Part shown: piece after piece, positions 60,114 through 64,000 of the stretch
How the letters are laid out: every line of letters begins with the position of its first letter
Position numbering within the stretch: the first letter of the stretch is position 1
Origin: Octopus vulgaris
Lineage: Eukaryota
Reading direction: 5' to 3'
Assembly (NCBI GenBank): GCA_951406725.2
Contig: OX597826.1
Coordinates: 81,344,001-81,408,000 of the forward strand
DNA length: 64,000 bases
Notes under the pieces: model-generated
The model's input: only the letters and a program-made list of their open reading frames with translations
Database searches by the model: none
What the model was told of the DNA's origin: nothing
Translations under genes and position numbers: made by a program

Positions 60114-63100
60114 TGAAAGGGACATAACCATATTGATAGTGGAGAAAATGCCTAACATTGTGATATCTTTGGCACGTCATTCTCTTAACGTAAGCAGTTC
60201 ACTGAGCACAAATATATTCATATCAGTGCAATATGTCTGTGGTGAGTCCTTCTCTTTAAACAGCATGATTTAGCTCTTCATTTCTGTATTCCTCTATGAG
60301 AGAAAGAAGTACCTTGTGCAAATTAAGAGGCTAAAACATCTCGCAACTGTAAGCATTCATACCTATGTCTGATACTAAATAAGAAGGAACAAACAATTCA
60401 TAAAATATAGTATTTCATTAATCTATACTATAAGACAAGTATATCATGTGCTCATCTGGTTTGTGGGTACACTTTCTCTGTATGTTGTGTATATTCTTTC
60501 AGGTGTACTATCTTGATTATTGGTTTATCCTTATTGTATTTTATCAAGAGACCAATTCTGTTGTTGGTAATGTCTGTAATTTAAACTATGGCATGGTTCC
60601 TTCAGGTGTTTATGGTGAAAACTAATGTTAATTTGTCATTGTCGTATTAAACTTTGCATAAAAACGAAATTGGTGGAGCAATTTTTTTGAATTATCATCA
60701 TCAGTGATTTTTCTATGTCCATTGACGATGCTGGAATGTGTTGGACCACATTATCATCAGTTCTGGATGATGATTTTTATCTCAAGCATTTTCTCATTTC
60801 AAGTGTGAATTCCAGAGTTCTCACTGCAACAGTCTCTTTGTATTTTCATATTAATTTGAACTCTAAATAAAAATGGTTTACTCTGAAATTATTCTCTTTT
60901 TATTTTTCAAAAAGCAAGTCTTGTTTGCACGTTTTCTAAACTGGTTTTCACCGACTGTTTACTTTAAAGCCATTAAATCTATTGACACTGTTTGATACAA
61001 GATGTGATCTGATGTTACAAGGAAGTGAATGAGATGTAAATAATAGGATGATATTGTAGATGAAATGGTGATGACGGTGGCTTTGTAGTGGTGATGCAGT
61101 GAGTTGGTTGATGAGAGCCAAGTGAGAGGCTGTCTAAGGACAAGATATTTCCCCATTCTCAGATGATATTGGTTTCAAATTTTGGCACAATGCCAGCAAA
61201 TCCAGGGAATGGTACTTTTCTTATTGACCTGAAATGATGAGAGCAAAGTTGACTTTGGTGGAGATTGAACCCTGAACATAAAGGCAGATGAAATGTTGCT
61301 GAGCATTTCATCTGATGTACTTATCATTCTGCCAGGTCACAGCCTTCAAATATTGTCAGATAATATTAAAATGTGTGTTCCCAGAAGAAGACCAGCATGG
61401 AAAAGAAGGGTCTGGAAGCTGAAGGATCTTGTGAATGAACAAAGATTTAGAGATGTATTAAAGTTTTTGATAAAAAAGAGGAGGATATACCATCACAATG
61501 TGCAAGACAACTGGAGGTTCCTATGAGGCGACCTGTTGAGGGCTGTTGACCAGATCTGTGGATGGTGCAAAGTCTGCTCTCAACCTAAGGTAACACGGTG
61601 GCAGAACAATGTAGTTGACAGGGTTATTAGGGAAAAGAAACAAGCATGGTGGCAGGGAACTGTATCAGATTGCTGGAAGGGGAGCTAGGTGACCACCAAT
61701 GTTGTGTGTCATGAGGACCAGAGACTTGAAGTGTTTCGTGTTGCCAGACTGTGTGTGAAAGAGAATTGTGATTTCATAGGAGAGAAATGTGTCTTCATAG
61801 ATGATGGTTCACTTGCATTTAATGATGCTGTGAAGAGAGGGACTTGGAGACTATGAAAGGTTGCTAAATGAAGAAATATCAAGCCAACAGAGGGAGCAGC
61901 TATTCAAATTGACAGTACTTTGATAGATAAAGCAATTAAGGGTCTGAAGACAAGGAAAATCCCCAACCCACCAGCAGTCACTGCAGAGATGCTTAAACTA
62001 TTTGGTGGTGTAGGCTATAGTCTAGTCAACCGGATGATACGTGAAGGAATCATACCCAATGACTGGAGTAGCAGCACCATAGGGTTGGCAACAAGTATAG
62101 TGAAGAATTTCTGGTAGGAGTAGGGGTCCACCAAGGATCAGTCCTCCTGGCAATAACAGGGGAATTCAAAACAGGATGCCCCTCTATGCTGTTGATCTTG
62201 TTGTAATAGTTGAGTCACTACTAGAACTAGAGGAGAAGTTTCAGGTGTGGAAGCAAAGTGTAGAATTGAAATGCCTTGGAGTCAATCTAGCAAAAACCAA
62301 AATCTGAGTAAGTAGAAAGGCAGACAAATCAGAAATCTCTTCAGGTAGATGGCCCTGCTTGATCTGTAGAAAAGGTGTAGGTAGAAACTCTTCAGAATGC
62401 ACTCATATATAAGCTACAGATGCAACCACTACAAAACTCATTGGATATTTTCAACTTGCAGCCAAGTACCGAATCTAACTACCTCGATGTATATTTAGAA
62501 ATTAAGTCATGCCTCGCTACACCCTGTCGCCTTGAACACTTTTATCTCTGATGTGCCTACTACTTCATGTGTGATCAAGAAATAAATTGTTGTTGATTAA
62601 CAAAAAGGAAAAAACGTTGCCTTCTGATATTTCTCGTTACCTTCATGTAAAACATAACATTTATATATTTCAAACCTTCCGACACGTACACATCTAAATA
62701 TAGTTTCTAACGAGGTAATCCCAGGTCTTAATCTTCCTCTTGTTACAGAGTTTTACAGGGATTGAACCCACTACTTCATGGTTGTGGTATATATTATAAA
62801 TATATTGTATATATTAGTAACAAACACAGACACAGCATTGTGGCATTGTATAGCGTGGAATACATTAATGAACATTGTACTCCAATCAAGATTGAATGGT
62901 ATAACTTGAGGGAAATTTGACAGTTATTTCTAGCAGATCATGCAAGTATGTAGAGGTTCCATTGCTCCTACGTCATTGTTTAGTCCAAGAGAAGCCATGG
63001 TTGACAAGCTCTGCCTATTCAGTGCTGGTCAATCCATAGTTGTTAAGAGAATAACTATGAAACTATCTCCCAGTATAATAATGAGCCTAGTACTTTTATA

Positions 63101-63160
63101 TATCTTTGTCCGTTTTTCTGTCTCCATTTTTTTCTCCTTGTTTCTCTCGTTTTTTTCTGT

Positions 63161-63202
63161 GTCCCTTTCTGTAGAAGAGCATAGGCTCGAAACGTAAAAG
63201 AC
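63161..63202 (+). ncRNA. Second copy of the hammerhead-like motif
   Basis: Identical to 52493-52534. Confidence 0.6.
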
Positions 63203-63681
63203 TTTTTCTATTCCTGAGCATTATACTAATACATCTGTTTGTTTTGTACACCACCTGTCTTCGTCTTTTGTTTTTTTTTTTCGTAAACTCTCCCTATATA
63301 CATATATATATATATATATATATTTAATTTACGAAGGTGTCATAGATTAATCTTTGGTGAATTATTTTTCTCGTAAATTGTATCGAGATTCTTTTACACT
63401 GGTGGCTGCTGTGATTTCGGCGCGAAACGAATCAGTTGCAGCACAGACTTCGGAACAATGGGTTGGGAATCTCTAATTATGGTAATGCGTGCTGAAGAAG
63501 TTAAGGCTTCTTTTGGCAGTGCAGACACGCGTCCACATGAGTCCAGATACTTAAATAGATAGTCTTAACCTGATTTTGCCTTCGTTTTGATTTCTGTAGT
63601 TTTCATCAAAGTATTTTTGGCGATTTAATAAGAGTTTTGACTCTTATTTCAAGCAGGTAGACATACTTAGTATGTCCTTTG

Positions 63682-63727
<46 letters not shown>

Positions 63728-63766
63728 TGTATGTATGAATGTATGTATATATATATATATATATAT

Positions 63767-64000
63767 CACCATCATCATCATCATCATTTAGCGTCCATTC
63801 TCCATGCTAGCACGGGTTGGACAGTTCAACCGGGGTCTGGGAAGCCAGAAGGCTGCATCAGGCCAAGTCTGATCTGGCAATGTTTCTACAGCTGGATGCC
63901 CTTCCTAACGCCAACCACTCCGCGAGTGTAGTGGGTGCTTTTTACGTGCCACCGGCCACGTTCGGTTGGTGCTTTTAACGTGCCACCGGCACGGAAGCCA
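63767..64000 (-). mobile_element. RTE 3' end (duplicate of 53092 onward), runs out of the window
   Basis: Near-identical to 53092-53325. Confidence 0.9.

Overview
This is AT-rich animal genomic DNA, most likely a coleoid cephalopod such as Octopus (inferred from the repeat families and the dense effector-less ZNF cluster). It holds a head-to-tail array of seven C2H2 zinc-finger genes on the + strand: one partial, the rest with 11-17 fingers, and none with a KRAB/BTB/ZAD domain. Each complete unit shows a conserved ETS/GC-box-like promoter, a short non-coding exon 1 with a GTRAGT donor, an intron, and an acceptor about 400 nt before the ATG of a single coding exon; most also have a conserved AATAAA. 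The last three genes are recent mosaic duplicates that share an amber stop in a TGE(K) linker, followed by two still-intact fingers. An 'empty' unit (promoter without a gene) lies near 24.6 kb. Spacers are packed with transposons: RTE LINEs whose RT carries an inserted PHD finger, CR1, HERO-like, Gypsy and mariner remnants, a solo LTR, a Helitron, palindromic MITEs, tRNA-derived SINEs that form self-joined dimers and trimers, and Penelope-like ends with a variant hammerhead ribozyme motif. All alignments and counts were done by eye, and repeat boundaries are approximate unless a TSD is quoted.
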